From contig JASVEC010000017.1 in the NCBI GenBank assembly GCA_030770535.1, positions 744,001-808,000 on the forward strand: 64,000 bases of DNA, read 5' to 3'. This stretch comes from Batkoa obscura. Taxonomy: Eukaryota. Each line of letters starts with the position of its first letter. Within the stretch, counting starts at the first letter, position 1. Below, one piece after another: positions 1-12,212 of the stretch. The notes beneath the pieces are model-generated. The model was not told the origin of the DNA. It saw only the letters and a list, made by a program, of their open reading frames with translations, and searched no databases. A program made the position numbers and the translations under genes.

Positions 1-903
1 TTAGATCTAAATTATGCATAATTATTTAGTCAATTGATTGTTATAATTTTATATTAAAAAATAATAAATTATTATTAAAATTAACATATTTATATACTTT
101 TTTCAAGCTTCAATATTAACTGATAATTTCGCAAAATGACTCATGCTTAACTAAAGCTTAGTTACTATCAATCAAACTCAATTTTATGTTTCTTGCAACA
201 GTTAACAAATTTATGCTAAAACTTATGTTTGAGGTTTATGATAATGACTATATATATATTTATTTACCAATCATGAAGTCATTTCAAAGTTAACTGATAG
301 CTTATTGTAACTGCTGGTTCAATCCCTTAATGGTTTATTACTTTAATTTTTCCCCCTCCTTTTCTCCGTAATATGGAAATTCAATTTCTATAGCTCTATA
401 ATTTATTAAATTTCTATAGCTTAAACTGCGCTTATAAACTATAATACTTTTTATTAAATAGGGTTAAATTGATATTGAATTTGAATTTAAAAAAAACCTT
501 TTATTTTATTTACTAAAATTTAAATTTCAATATTAATTTTTATTTTAAAATTGCATGCTATAGTTTTTTATTTTTATTTTTATTTTCATTTTTATTTCTA
601 TTTTTATTTTTATTTTAAGGCTGTACACTATAGTTCCTTTAACTTTATTTTAAGGCTTATCCTTGTACAGCCTTAAAATAAGCTTAATAAATTAAATATA
701 CTGGCTTGAAAGTAATTGGGTTTGAAGTTTAAGTTAGAGCTTTGAAATAGACACCCAAGTATCAAAGTAATCAATAATTAGCAAAAACAAGCTCAATAAT
801 CTAGGTGAGTAGTATTTAGTAATATGAGCTTTCACACGATTGTTTACGACTATTCTTTAATAAATACCCTTTTAAAAATACATAGCTGTTAACGAATGTT
901 TCA

Positions 904-1154
904 TGTTTCCTTCTAATTTAATTTAAAAATAGATCAGACATTTTCAATTTTGTATTACTTCAATATAAAAATTAAAAAATTGTTGCAAATGGGTTTAATA
1001 AATGAAGGTGCTTTTTTTTATTTTTACTTTTTCCGTTTTCAAAGCGCTATTTAAGTAGAAAAACTGCTAGTAAAATTCTTAAACAAAAAAATACATCCCC
1101 AAATATAAAATTAAAAATGCCCAATCTATTTTTAAATTAAATTAGAAGGAAACA
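904..1154. repeat. Foldback element with ~31-bp inverted arms and a MITE inserted in the spacer
   Basis: tgtttccttctaatttaatttaaaaatagat (~904-934) is the reverse complement of atctatttttaaattaaattagaaggaaaca (~1124-1154). Confidence 0.6.
1004..1100. mobile_element. ~99-bp MITE (family M)
   Basis: GAAGGTG...ACATCCCC ends, AAAT on both flanks, shared core gcgctattt..agtaaaattcttaaacaaaaaaatacatc. Confidence 0.8.
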
Positions 1155-1515
1155 AAACATTTGAAGCTAAACAACTATACCCTTATTTTTAAAATATTAT
1201 TGCTTTTTTTGCAAATGAGAAATCACTTTTCAATAAATTGATTTCAATTTAAAAATTCTTTTAGATTAACCAAAAAATTTTGATCAACAAATCTAAAAGT
1301 TGAGATTGATTTAATATTAATAATTTGCTAATTTTATATGTTGTTAAATTAATTCAAAATAACTAAAGTAGTAGTATATTTATTATAAATTTTCAAAGAT
1401 AAGGTCCATATAATAATTCGAGAAGAGATAAGCGACATGAGTAATGTCCAACATACAATAATTTATATTTAAATTATTAAATTTTACGTATAACTTGTTA
1501 AATAATTTAAAACAT

Positions 1516-1614
1516 GAGGATGTTTTTTTTGGTTTCATTACTTTTTCCATTTTTTAAGCGCTATTTGAGCGAAAAGATTGTTAGTAAAATTCTTAAACAA
1601 AAAAATACATCTCT
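1516..1614. mobile_element. MITE family M
   Basis: GAGGATG...ACATCTCT; flanks ACAT/ATAT; same core. Confidence 0.8.
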
Positions 1615-2264
1615 ATATAACTTGAATTAAGTAAAAAGTCATATTTGGATAAATAAACATAAGTAGGTACCTTTATATCTTAATGAAAAGTAATACTTTG
1701 ATTTAAGATAGCGTTTTTGTTAATAAATAAATCCTCAGCTATTAAATATTAAGTTATTTTACTTATAAAATAACTTAATTGATTAAACATAAAATTAACA
1801 ACAAAGGTAAGTTTTTAATTAAACATAAATACCTTATTTAAATATAGATAAAAGTATTTATTAATTGATTTCATTTAATTTAAAATAGCTTTCATTAATT
1901 AATAACAATATTATTTTTTATTTATTCATTTAAACATTCAATAAACAAATAAATAAAATAGCTTTATTAATGCTTAAAATTAATAAAATTAAAAATAAAT
2001 TAAAATTAATCTTATATTATAAATTATTGTTGTTATTGGAATTAATACTGTTAACTTTATAAGTCTTATTATTATATATGATATAAAATTCAATAAAAAA
2101 TGAAAATCAATAAGGTTTTTAATTTTTTTCACTCTACTCAATTCACTTAACAATTTAATAATTAATTTAGACTTTATTATTTTATGAATTAAATTTTATT
2201 ATTTTTTTATATTATGTACTTTTTATTTTGATTGTAATTTTTATTTTAAATTTTTTATTAATAA

Positions 2265-2341
2265 TTGTTTTTTTTATTTTTTAAGTGCTATTTGAGTGCA
2301 AAAGCTATTAGTAAAATTCTTAAAGAAAAAAACACACCCTC
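2265..2341. mobile_element. MITE family M, internally deleted/degenerate
   Basis: core aagtgctatttgagtgcaaaagctattagtaaaattcttaaag; end acacaccctc. Confidence 0.55.
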
Positions 2342-2484
2342 ATTTTTTCATTTTAATTGATACTAAAAAATGCGCCATTTTATACCTGCTTTTTACTTCA
2401 ATATTTTAAACTATAAATATAATTATAAAGTTAGTCCTTGGTAGTTAGAGTTAAAAAACACTTTTTGCTTAATTAACTGGCTGT

Positions 2485-2952
2485 TGTGAAAGTTGGTACT
2501 CAGTGGTAGGAGTTAAAAACAGTTCTTGGTTGATTAACTTGCCTTGAGTCGAACGGTCTTAGTTTATGTAACTAAGATAGACTTAAATTAATAGGGATAC
2601 TATGTAATAAGCTACGGACTATGTAAAACAAATAGAACAGAAGATACTATTGTAAAATCTATATAAGATGTTGTCAGAAAGACTTAGTGACTTTATTAAT
2701 GATACGATATCAGGGAGTAATTTAATTAAAAAAGCTTCGAGTTAGTATGTAAAAGAATCTCTCTTATACTCCAACTGGGTGGCTATATATAAGGAACATT
2801 ATAACAGTTGTTCCTTATTATAGTTGCCAAGTATGGACATTAAGTTCTTCGTGATCAGGTGGTAGCAATTCTCACAGCAAATCTATATAAGGAACTCTGA
2901 ATTGATTCTCATATTATAATCAACCCTAGAGCTAATGAAGCGATATTTCACA
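2485..2952 (+). mobile_element. ~465-bp solo-LTR-like element (family L, copy A)
   Basis: TGTGAAA...TTTCACA termini, internal TATATATAAG; homologous to 3662-4123, 58820-59180 and 59951-60416. Confidence 0.7.
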
Positions 2953-3233
2953 GCACTATTTAAATGGAAAAATCATTAGTAAAATTATTGATTAAAAGTT
3001 AAAAATTGTCTATTATTAGTATTAAACAATAAACATTGTAAATTTTATAAAAAAAATAAAGTTTAAGATATGATAGTTGTAAATAATTTTTTTTTAAAAC
3101 TTCTAGCACCTTTTTTCATTAAATAAAATATAATGGCCTTATATAGAATAAAGTATTAAGACTAGAAGTAAATACATAATAAACATTTTATTTTTTGCTA
3201 TAAATGTTCAATTATATATTATTTATTAGTTAT

Positions 3234-3661
3234 TATAAAATATCGTTTTATCAGCTTTATAGTTAATTACAATTTATATGGCATAATCATTTCAAAGTTT
3301 TTATTTTAATTCTCTATAAGAATTTCTACCACTTAATTGCAAAAAACATTATCTCCTGATTTTAATATTTATATTTGGCAATTATAATAATAAGTTATAA
3401 CTGTTATCATGCTCCATATACACGGCTATATAATTAAACTATAAAATGGAGTTTCTGATATAATAACTCATAGCTTTTTAATTAAATTGCTTTTTGATAC
3501 TACACCTTTAATAAAGCTATTAAGCCTTATAGTATTTTATATAGGTTTTATAGTATTATCATCTATTTTATCTGTTTTATGTAGTGCATAGTTTATTGTA
3601 TGCTATTTTTATTAATCTAAACTTATCCTAGTTACATAAACTAAGGCTTTTCGAATTACAG
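3234..3661 (-). mobile_element. Older degenerate family-L copy, 3' part (its 5' part is at ~2424-2484 on +)
   Basis: aligns to the reverse complement of copy A, e.g. ctagttacataaactaagg and tataaaatatcgttttatcagc. Confidence 0.6.
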
Positions 3662-4123
3662 TGTGAAATATTGGTTTATTAGCTCTTGGATTGATTATAA
3701 CACAACAATCACTTAAGTTGTTGTGTTCTCAAGTTCAAACACAATCAACTCAGAGTCATTTATTTTGATTTGTTGCGAGAATTTCTAACTTCATATTGCA
3801 AAGAATATTATCTCCTTTTAATATCCATACTTATTGGAGTATAAAAGAGATTCTTCAACATGATAACTTGAGACTTTTTTAATTGGATTACTGTCTGATA
3901 ACGTATCATTAATAAAGTCACTAAGTCTTTCTGACAACATCTTATATAGATTTTACAATAGTATCTTCCATTGTATTTGTTTTACATAATTCGTAGCTTA
4001 TTACGTACTATTTCTATTAATTTAAGTCTACCTTAGTTACATAAACTAAGACCGTTCGACTCAAGGCAAGTTAATCAACCAAGAACTGTTTTTAACTCCT
4101 ACCACTGAGTACCAACTTTCACA
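3662..4123 (-). mobile_element. Solo-LTR-like element, family L copy B
   Basis: TGTGAAA...TTTCACA termini; its 5' ~90 nt are identical to copy A in inverted orientation. Confidence 0.7.
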
Positions 4124-4419
4124 GCAGTCAATGATAAATATTTCTCAATAAGGTTTTATGGAAATATCCATTTATTTACATGTTACAGCTTTAATTAATA
4201 TTAATATATAGGCTACATTAGTAAAAGCCTTGCTAATCCGGGAATTTGTATTAAATTTAATAGGAGTTCTACTAACTTACAATATAAATTACAATAAAAT
4301 AATTTAAGACTGTGTTGGGTACTTTTGGTTTTTAATAAAGAATTTATTTTTATAGAACTTTAAACAAAGTTTAATATAAAATTTAAAATTAAAAAAATGA
4401 AATTAATTTGGACATCCCC
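4124..4419 (+). mobile_element. Right-end remnant of the Sola2-like transposon
   Basis: similar to ~61804-62109; ends in TIR-like gaaattaatttggacatcccc followed by ATAT. Confidence 0.75.
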
Positions 4420-4611
4420 ATATTATAAATAAAAAAATAAAAAAAAGTTACAAAAAATAAGAAAATTATTATACATTTTTAATTTTTAATTTTATCATAA
4501 CTTAAAAAAAACATTATAAAATAATAAACTATGTTAAAAACATAAAACTTTAAATTTTTTATTGTATTATAAAAAATAAACAAGATTTAATTATCTGTAA
4601 TTTATATATAT

Positions 4612-4707
4612 GGGGATGTATTTTTTTTAAATTTTGCTAATAGCCTTTCCACTTAAATATTGCTTAAAAAATGGAAAAAGTGATGAAACTAAAAAAAAAA
4701 CACCCCC
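4612..4707. mobile_element. MITE family M
   Basis: GGGGATGT...ACACCCCC with ATAT on both flanks. Confidence 0.85.
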
Positions 4708-5608
4708 ATATATTTTACAACTTCAAACTTTAAAATTACAAACTAAATTTTTGATTTGATTTATCAAGATTTTAAATTTGCCCATGCACTATTTTCCGAA
4801 AATATTGGCAAATACGTTGAAATTTGAGACATATATTTGTTAGAGACAAATATTATATAATAAAATAGAAGAAATACCATTTGTATAAACACATTATAAA
4901 GTTCTAAGTATAAGAAAATAAAAAAATAATCAAGTACTATTATTTTGTAAAATCTAAATAAGTAACATTTTTAATTTGTTATTTTTTTATCTTAAATTTC
5001 TTTTAAATTTCTTTATCAATAAAGTAATCGATTATCACTTGATTTTATAATGATATTTCAGCTGAATTTATAACTAAACTACCCTTTAAATAAATGAATA
5101 TAATGAGTGGTCATATTTTATGTTTTAAATATAATTTAAATTTATATTGTTTTTTTGCAACAACAAATAGCTATAGTAAAATTGATTTCAAACATCAAAC
5201 CTTAGTTTTATCAAACAAATAAACTTCCTAACAACAATAAACTACCATTGCCTTTATAAATGCCTAAGCCATAATTTATTGTGGAATGTAAGAAATAAAA
5301 AGTAACTTTATACTTAACATACAATAATCAGAACAAAAGATACATCACATTACATTAGTACAATTTTTTTCATAGTATAATGATATAAAAAGAGCGGGTT
5401 ATTAGAAAACTAATAATATAATTAGACTACTAATTCTAAGTAGATAATACACTATAATAATACAGATAAAATCACATGTAAATATAAATCCTAGTCACTA
5501 CTATTGCTGTTTAACTTGCATCATCATAATAGCGAATTTGAGCTAATGGAAGCACTATATAAAAGACTTTATATAACAATAAAAATAATTAAAAGTAAAA
5601 TAAATAAA

Positions 5609-6700
5609 ATGAAATTGATTCAATTTGTATTAGCTTCCCTATTTACCTTTACCTTAGCTGAAACTGCTGCCAACAATGGAGGTAAAAGATTGATTCAATT
5701 GAGTGAAAATGAGCCTGCTTTATTAATGACAGATGAAGAAGTATTAACCAAACTCATCCAAAAAAAGAAACATTTCATGGATATCACTGACTTGAAAGAT
5801 TCCAGAGCTAGTCCATGGACCCCAATTAACAAAGCTTTACCTACCACTTTTAAATATCAAACCTTTATAAAGCCTCTTTATAACAATATCAATATCGATA
5901 GAATGAAATCCTTTTTAACCTCCTATTCCAACTTTAATAACAGGTATTACAGAGTACAATCCGGTGCTGATGCCTCCAATTGGTTATTAAGTCAAATTAA
6001 AGAGTCTATTACTTCTACTAGTTATACTGGTCCAATTACTGTTGAAAACTTTAGTCACTCTTTTCTTCAAAAATCTATTATTGTACGTATCACTGGTAGT
6101 GACGCCACCTTAAAGGGTGAAATTGTAGTTGTTGGTGCTCATCTTGATTCCATTAATCAATCAAATCCAAATAGTGGTAGGGCCCCTGGTGCTGATGACG
6201 ATGGTTCTGGCACCACTCTTAACGTGGAATCTTTAAGAGTGTTGTTAGCTGCTAACTTCCGACCAAAACGTACAGTAGAATTTCACTTCTATGCTGGTGA
6301 AGAAGGAGGTTTATTAGGCTCTCAAGCGATAGCTCAATCTTATTCTAGCCAAAGGAAGAACGTAATCGCCATGACTCAGTTTGATATGGTGGGCTATCTC
6401 TCTGCACAAAAACAAATTGCATTTGTAACAGATTATACCAATGCTGAATTAACCAATCTTTTAAGAAAAGCAGTGACTGAATATTGCTCCTATACCTCTA
6501 CCAATACACAATGTGGTTATGCATGTTCTGATCATGCTTCTTGGAGTAAGTATGGGTTCAAGTCTGCCTTCCCATTCGAGGATGAAGAAAGTCCATATAT
6601 TCATACCACTCAAGATACCTTAGCTACTGTTAATTTTAACCACATTAAGGAGTTTGTTAAGCTTGCTATCGCATTTTTGGTTGAAGTAGCTGAAAAATAA
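5609..6700 (+). CDS. Secreted M28 leucine aminopeptidase
   Basis: signal peptide MKLIQFVLASLFTFTLA (ATG 5609 preferred over the TTG at 5504); GAHLDS, GADDDGSG, GEEGGL, FDM, SDH, YIHT zinc/catalytic motifs. Confidence 0.93.
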   Translation: MKLIQFVLASLFTFTLAETAANNGGKRLIQLSENEPALLMTDEEVLTKLIQKKKHFMDITDLKDSRASPWTPINKALPTTFKYQTFIKPLYNNINIDRMKSFLTSYSNFNNRYYRVQSGADASNWLLSQIKESITSTSYTGPITVENFSHSFLQKSIIVRITGSDATLKGEIVVVGAHLDSINQSNPNSGRAPGADDDGSGTTLNVESLRVLLAANFRPKRTVEFHFYAGEEGGLLGSQAIAQSYSSQRKNVIAMTQFDMVGYLSAQKQIAFVTDYTNAELTNLLRKAVTEYCSYTSTNTQCGYACSDHASWSKYGFKSAFPFEDEESPYIHTTQDTLATVNFNHIKEFVKLAIAFLVEVAEK

Positions 6701-7731
6701 AAATTGTGAATAGTTAACATTTATGTTGTTTTTTTATAACTTTAATTATGATGATAGATGTCATAAGAACTATTTATAAATGCTTTTACTCTGCTAAAAT
6801 TATTAAGGAAACTTTTTTAAAAACATCCATCAAAAAGCACCCTTCTATTATAAAACTTTCAAGCATTTAATAATATAAATCATTGATATAAATAACTGTT
6901 AAAACAATAATAAAGTTAATCTTTATGTTAGAGTATTTGTCGATAATTTCTAAATTTAAATTAATTTGACTTACAGTCATATTGTGACAACAACATATTT
7001 TAGTCATCTTTGTATATTATATTAAATAGCATTCACATATTCAGAGATTTTAATACTAATAGCAAAAAGCTGAGGGCTTATTTCTTAAGGTACACGTTGA
7101 TAAGATTAAAGACAATTAAACAGTCACTCATATTTAAATGTTCTATTTGGAAATCATATCTCATATTATTAAATTCTATAACTTAAGATAGATAGCAACT
7201 AATAATTATTCAAACGATATCAACTTTAATCTAAAGTACTATGCTTTATAATATCTATAAAAATATATCAATAGAATAAAATGCGATTGATTATTTTGAT
7301 TTTTTTAAAATTTAAAATTTAGATCATCTTGATTGATTTGACAGAAAAATACTGACTCCATTTATTATTGTAATAAATTGAAGAACAGTAATTTAAGCAA
7401 AAAAAAATAGAGTTTTGGGGAAATTAAGCAATCTTTTAATCCAATCACTTTGAGACAAATGAAATAACTAAGTTTTATTCCTTGTAATGAGAAAACCACA
7501 GTAAGCTGAGTAAAGCTATTCTGGATTTAATTGGCTAGATCATATAATCTTTGTGCCAATCCTTCATTTTTGTCACACTACGCTTTGCACAGCAGTCAAC
7601 TAACTAAAAACCATCATCTTATTTTAATTTCCCATAACATTTTAGGATCAAAAGCAATCCTTAAAATAACTATAAATTCCCCTTGATTTATCTTCTATTC
7701 TTGTCTTTTACTTGTAAGAGTATTATATAAA

Positions 7732-9129
7732 ATGTCTGCTACTGACGGTAAACAACATTTATCCATTGTTATCTGTGGTCACGTCGATTCCGGTAAGTCT
7801 ACCACTACCGGTCGTCTTCTTTTCGAATTAGGTGGTATTCCAGAGCGTGAAATGGAAAAATTAAAGCAAGAAGCTGAACGTCTCGGTAAATCTTCCTTCG
7901 CTTTCGCTTTCTTCATGGATCGTCAAAAGGAAGAACGTGAACGTGGTGTCACCATTTCCTGCACTACCAAAGAGTTTTTCACTGATAACTGGCATTATAC
8001 CATTATCGATGCTCCAGGCCATCGTGATTTCATCAAAAACATGATTTCTGGTGCCGCTCAAGCTGATGTTGCTCTTCTTATGGTTCCAGCTGATGGTAAT
8101 TTCACCACTGCTATCCAAAAGGGTGACCACAAAGCCGGAGATATCCAAGGTCAAACTAGACAACATGCCCGTTTACTCAATCTTCTCGGTGTTAAACAAC
8201 TTATTATTGGTATTAACAAGATGGATTCAGATACCGCTGGATACAAAGAAGACCGTTACACTGAAATTCGTGATGAAATGGCCTCTATGTTAATCAAGGT
8301 CGGATGGAAGAAGGAATTCATTGAGAAATCCGTCCCAATCCTTCCAATCTCTGGTTGGATGGGTGACAATCTTCTCAAGAAATCCGAAAAGATGACTTGG
8401 TGGAAGGGTGTTGATGTTTCTACCTCCTCTGGTAAATCTCTCCACATCGACACTTTACTTGATGCTCTTAACACCATGGTTGAGCTCCCATCCCGTAACA
8501 CCGATGCCCCAATGCGTCTCCCAGTTTCTGGTATCTACAAGATTAAAGGTGTAGGTGATGTCGTCACTGGTCGTGTTGAACAAGGTCTCCTTGTTCCTAA
8601 CTCCGAAGTAGTCTTCCTCCCAACCCACACTGCTTCCAACCAATGTACCGGTAAAGTTTTCACCATTGAAATGCATCACAAACGTGCTGAACAAGCTCAA
8701 ACTGGTGATAACATTGGTATGAACGTCAAAGGTCTTGACAAAAACAACATGCCTCGTTCAGGTGATGTTATGATTCTCAAATCCGATAACTCCCTCCGCC
8801 CAGTCAAGAATTTCACTGCTCAAATCCAAACTCTTGATATTCCCGGAGAAGTTAAGCCAGGATACTCCCCAATTGGTTTCGTCCGTTGTGGTCGTTCCGC
8901 CTGTAAAATTATCGCTCTCAAATGGAAGATCGGTAAAGAAACTGGTCGTAAGAAGCTCGAAGACCCTCACTCCCTCAAAGCCAACGAAGCTGCTGAAGTT
9001 GTTTTCGAACCAATTCAACCTCTTGTTGTAGATACCTTCAAGAACTGTGAAGGTCTTTCTCGTATTGCCTTCCTTGATGGTAACACCGCTGTCATGTTGG
9101 GTAAGGTCGTTGCTGTTGAATACAAATAA
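7732..9129 (+). CDS. EFL: Elongation factor-like GTPase (EFL), intronless
   Basis: GHVDSGKS, DAPGH, NKMD motifs with EFL-type segments SIVICG, KEFFTDNWHYT, GDHKAGDIQGQTRQHA, GYSPIGFVRCGR; strong C/T-ending codon bias. Confidence 0.93.
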   Translation: MSATDGKQHLSIVICGHVDSGKSTTTGRLLFELGGIPEREMEKLKQEAERLGKSSFAFAFFMDRQKEERERGVTISCTTKEFFTDNWHYTIIDAPGHRDFIKNMISGAAQADVALLMVPADGNFTTAIQKGDHKAGDIQGQTRQHARLLNLLGVKQLIIGINKMDSDTAGYKEDRYTEIRDEMASMLIKVGWKKEFIEKSVPILPISGWMGDNLLKKSEKMTWWKGVDVSTSSGKSLHIDTLLDALNTMVELPSRNTDAPMRLPVSGIYKIKGVGDVVTGRVEQGLLVPNSEVVFLPTHTASNQCTGKVFTIEMHHKRAEQAQTGDNIGMNVKGLDKNNMPRSGDVMILKSDNSLRPVKNFTAQIQTLDIPGEVKPGYSPIGFVRCGRSACKIIALKWKIGKETGRKKLEDPHSLKANEAAEVVFEPIQPLVVDTFKNCEGLSRIAFLDGNTAVMLGKVVAVEYK

Positions 9130-9256
9130 GCTAACCAACTTTGTCTGAAACTGTAACATGTAAGGAATACTAACACCTTCTCATAACGTTTCTTTATATA
9201 AAAAAATAAATAAATAAATTGCTTCAAGATTTAAATAAAGTTTTGATATTGTTTAT

Positions 9257-10303
9257 TTAGATTTTGGCTACTTCAATTAAAAAGGAGATGGCTAGTTTTG
9301 TATATTCTTTTACATGATTAAGATTAATTCCATTTAGGTTATCATTTTCAGTGTGGTAAAAGGGATTAAATTCATCCTCTTCAATAGGAAACCCTGTACG
9401 ATAGCCCATATAGTTCCATGCAGCATGGTCTGAACAAGGATAACCACATTTAATGAATTTATAATCATACTCTGTATAATTTCGAATTAAATTAGCCAAT
9501 AACTGCGTTACATCGTTATCTGTGTAATCCGTTATCAAGCCAATTTGCTTTTTGTCTGAAAGATAACCTGTCATATCAAATTGTGTCATAGCAACCACCT
9601 GTTTTTTTTTTGAAGCATAATCGGTAGCAATATAAAAAGAACCTAATAACCCAGCTTCTTCAGCTGCATAAAAATGGAATTCAATGGTATGTTGAGGTAA
9701 TACATTATTATTTAGTAATATGAATAAAGATTCTAGTAAGCAAGTAGTACCAGTACCATCATCATCTACACCAGGAGCTTTACCATTTAAAGGATCATTA
9801 TTATTTATAGAATCCATATGTGCCCCAACGACTACTAGTTGCTTTTTCAATTCAGGTTTGCTACCATATAGTTTTACAATAATACTATTCTGCTTAAAGA
9901 TGTGATGGTATTTGATTAGTTTTACCTTACCTTTATAATTTGATTTATGAATGGTGCTATTCAAAGTATCATATAGCCAATCTGAGGCTTCTGGTCCCCA
10001 TTTTGATTTATAAAAACGAGTATGAAAAGATGAAAATTGAGTTAAAAATGCCTCCATCCTTGTGGTATTAACATACTTGTTCAAGGATCTAATCGTATCT
10101 GAATATTTAAAACTTTGAGGTAATTGATAATCTTCACTTGCTACAGCTCTTTTTGTTAAGCGACCATCGTTTTCTATTGGATGGTTCTTGCTGTTTACAA
10201 CATCTTCGCTTCCTGCTTTCAAATTGTTGTGATTTATGATATTTGTTGAATAACATTGAACAATAAGAGCAGTGATAAATAAAAATAGTAATAAAGTTTT
10301 CAT
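9257..10303 (-). CDS. Secreted M28 leucine aminopeptidase, paralog 2
   Basis: signal peptide, KR processing site; GAHMDS, GVDDDGTG, AEEAGL, FDM, SDH, YHT. Confidence 0.93.
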   Translation of the reverse strand: MKTLLLFLFITALIVQCYSTNIINHNNLKAGSEDVVNSKNHPIENDGRLTKRAVASEDYQLPQSFKYSDTIRSLNKYVNTTRMEAFLTQFSSFHTRFYKSKWGPEASDWLYDTLNSTIHKSNYKGKVKLIKYHHIFKQNSIIVKLYGSKPELKKQLVVVGAHMDSINNNDPLNGKAPGVDDDGTGTTCLLESLFILLNNNVLPQHTIEFHFYAAEEAGLLGSFYIATDYASKKKQVVAMTQFDMTGYLSDKKQIGLITDYTDNDVTQLLANLIRNYTEYDYKFIKCGYPCSDHAAWNYMGYRTGFPIEEDEFNPFYHTENDNLNGINLNHVKEYTKLAISFLIEVAKI

Positions 10304-11057
10304 TAAAATTATATTTTAAAAAACGTCCCAATTTCCTACTTTTATATGAATTTTTAGGTTACTTTACCTATCCAATAAAATTTGATAAATGGTCGAACAA
10401 ATTTTGAAATTTTTACTAAGGGATAGAAGATGCTACTACAATAAAGCTATTGGCTCAGACTATCGGAAAATAGAAATTTGCAAATTGTTTTCCTGACAAT
10501 TTGTGCTTTTTGAAATTGACTTGTTGACAATAGTTTAATGAGTATTAATTTAATGTTTTAAAGAAAATGATATAAACCATTTTAGCAATAGTTTTATACC
10601 TAAAAAAATCGATAATGTAAAATAGCAATATCCGTTTTTAAAAGAAACTATATTTATTATAATAAAATCCATTTTTTAAAAGTATTTCCGGTTCCAATTT
10701 TATTATTTTCAGGTTTTCAAGAATAACTACAAGTTCTTACCTTCATCCTGTTGGCTTTTATAAAAAATTTAGATTTTCAAAATTCTATTTAGCAAGTATT
10801 TTACAGCTTGGTCAGATTTTGCCTATAAACTCAATTAAATTTCTTATTAAAGTTAATATATATTAAGTTTAAAGTTTTATTGATTGAATAATTTAATGGC
10901 TGCTATTAATTAAATCCACGTGAATTATACATGGTTATTGCTTAGACTTATAAGGTAGAAGCTTTAATAAAAGTAGTTTATACTTTGTATGTCATTAAAC
11001 TAGTATTAACCTTATTTAAACTATTCAAGATTTTATTAAAAGAAACTTAAAAGAAAC

Positions 11058-12212
11058 TTATACAACGCTGTTGTAGGCAAGGAGATTAGGAGTTCCAGAT
11101 CCTGGGTTGCTGATGGCATTTTTGGTGGCAGATGATACAATCTTGGAAGTAATTTGTGCATTAGTGTATGATCCTTGGGAAAGGTAGTAAGCAGCAAGAC
11201 CAGCAACATGTGGAGTGGCCATAGAAGTACCAGAAATGGAGTTGGTACCTCCGTTGTTCCAGGTAGAGAGAACATTGACACCTGGGGCAATGACATCAAC
11301 ACATTTACCGAAGTTGGAGAAAGAAGCAAGTCTGTCATTGATATCGGAAGCAGCAACAGTGATGGCATTTGGTGCTGAAGCTGGGGATACCTTGCAAGCA
11401 TCTTGGCTTTCGTTACCAGCGGCAACTACGACAACAAATCCTTTTGTATAAGCAGTTTGTACAGCGTTGTTAAGGGAAGTAGATACACCACCACCAAGGG
11501 ACATACTAATAACATTACCTTTAACACCTTTCTTGTCATTAACGGCCCAGTTGATGGCTGAGAGGATACCTGAGGTACTACCTGAACCACTGCCATCGAA
11601 AACTTTAACACCAACTAAACTTGCTTTCTTGGCAACACCATAAGTCTTAGATCCAATAGTTCCAGAGCAATGGGTACCATGACCATGTTCATCATTATCA
11701 TTGTTACCAGCAAACCTGGCACCAAATCTAGCACGACCTTCGAATTCAGGATGAGTGGTAAGGATACCAGTATCAATAACGTAAACAGTTACTCCTGCAC
11801 CATCACCATTGTAAGTGTAGGTGGATTTTTGGGTAAAAGTACGCTGAGAGATACGAGCAAGACCCCATGGAGCACCAGTTTGGGTGGCATGAAGTTTGAC
11901 CTCAGCATCAGCCTCAACAAAGTCAACATCAGGTAAGTTACGTACCTTTTCCAACACTGATGAGGATAAACGAGCGTGGTAAGCGTTACCAACGTGCTTG
12001 TAAACTGATTCAATTTTGTTGGATCCACTGCGTTCAGTGAAAAGCTCTTCAACTTGCTTGATGTGAGTGTCAATGGTAGTACGAGTATTACCTTTTAAGG
12101 TAATAATATAGCTTCCTTCAATAGCCTTTCCATTTTTGTGTAATGGGGCAAGATCAGCAAATACTGAAGCAAGGAGGGAAGAGGTGACAGCGAAGATAGC
12201 GAAAACTTTCAT
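11058..12212 (-). CDS. Secreted subtilisin (S8, proteinase K-like) with I9 propeptide
   Basis: [23 protein letters not shown] triad motifs; signal peptide from ATG 12212 (MKVFAIFA). Confidence 0.95.
   Translation of the reverse strand: MKVFAIFAVTSSLLASVFADLAPLHKNGKAIEGSYIITLKGNTRTTIDTHIKQVEELFTERSGSNKIESVYKHVGNAYHARLSSSVLEKVRNLPDVDFVEADAEVKLHATQTGAPWGLARISQRTFTQKSTYTYNGDGAGVTVYVIDTGILTTHPEFEGRARFGARFAGNNDNDEHGHGTHCSGTIGSKTYGVAKKASLVGVKVFDGSGSGSTSGILSAINWAVNDKKGVKGNVISMSLGGGVSTSLNNAVQTAYTKGFVVVVAAGNESQDACKVSPASAPNAITVAASDINDRLASFSNFGKCVDVIAPGVNVLSTWNNGGTNSISGTSMATPHVAGLAAYYLSQGSYTNAQITSKIVSSATKNAISNPGSGTPNLLAYNSVV

Noticed and set aside
5504..5608. TTG-initiated N-terminal extension of the aminopeptidase
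   Set aside because: Covers a TATA-like box and AT-rich leader; the signal peptide starts at ATG 5609
7861..9227. Antisense and alternate-frame ORFs over EFL (likewise over the subtilisin at 11036-12073)
   Set aside because: Shadow ORFs expected from strong codon bias in highly expressed genes; no motifs
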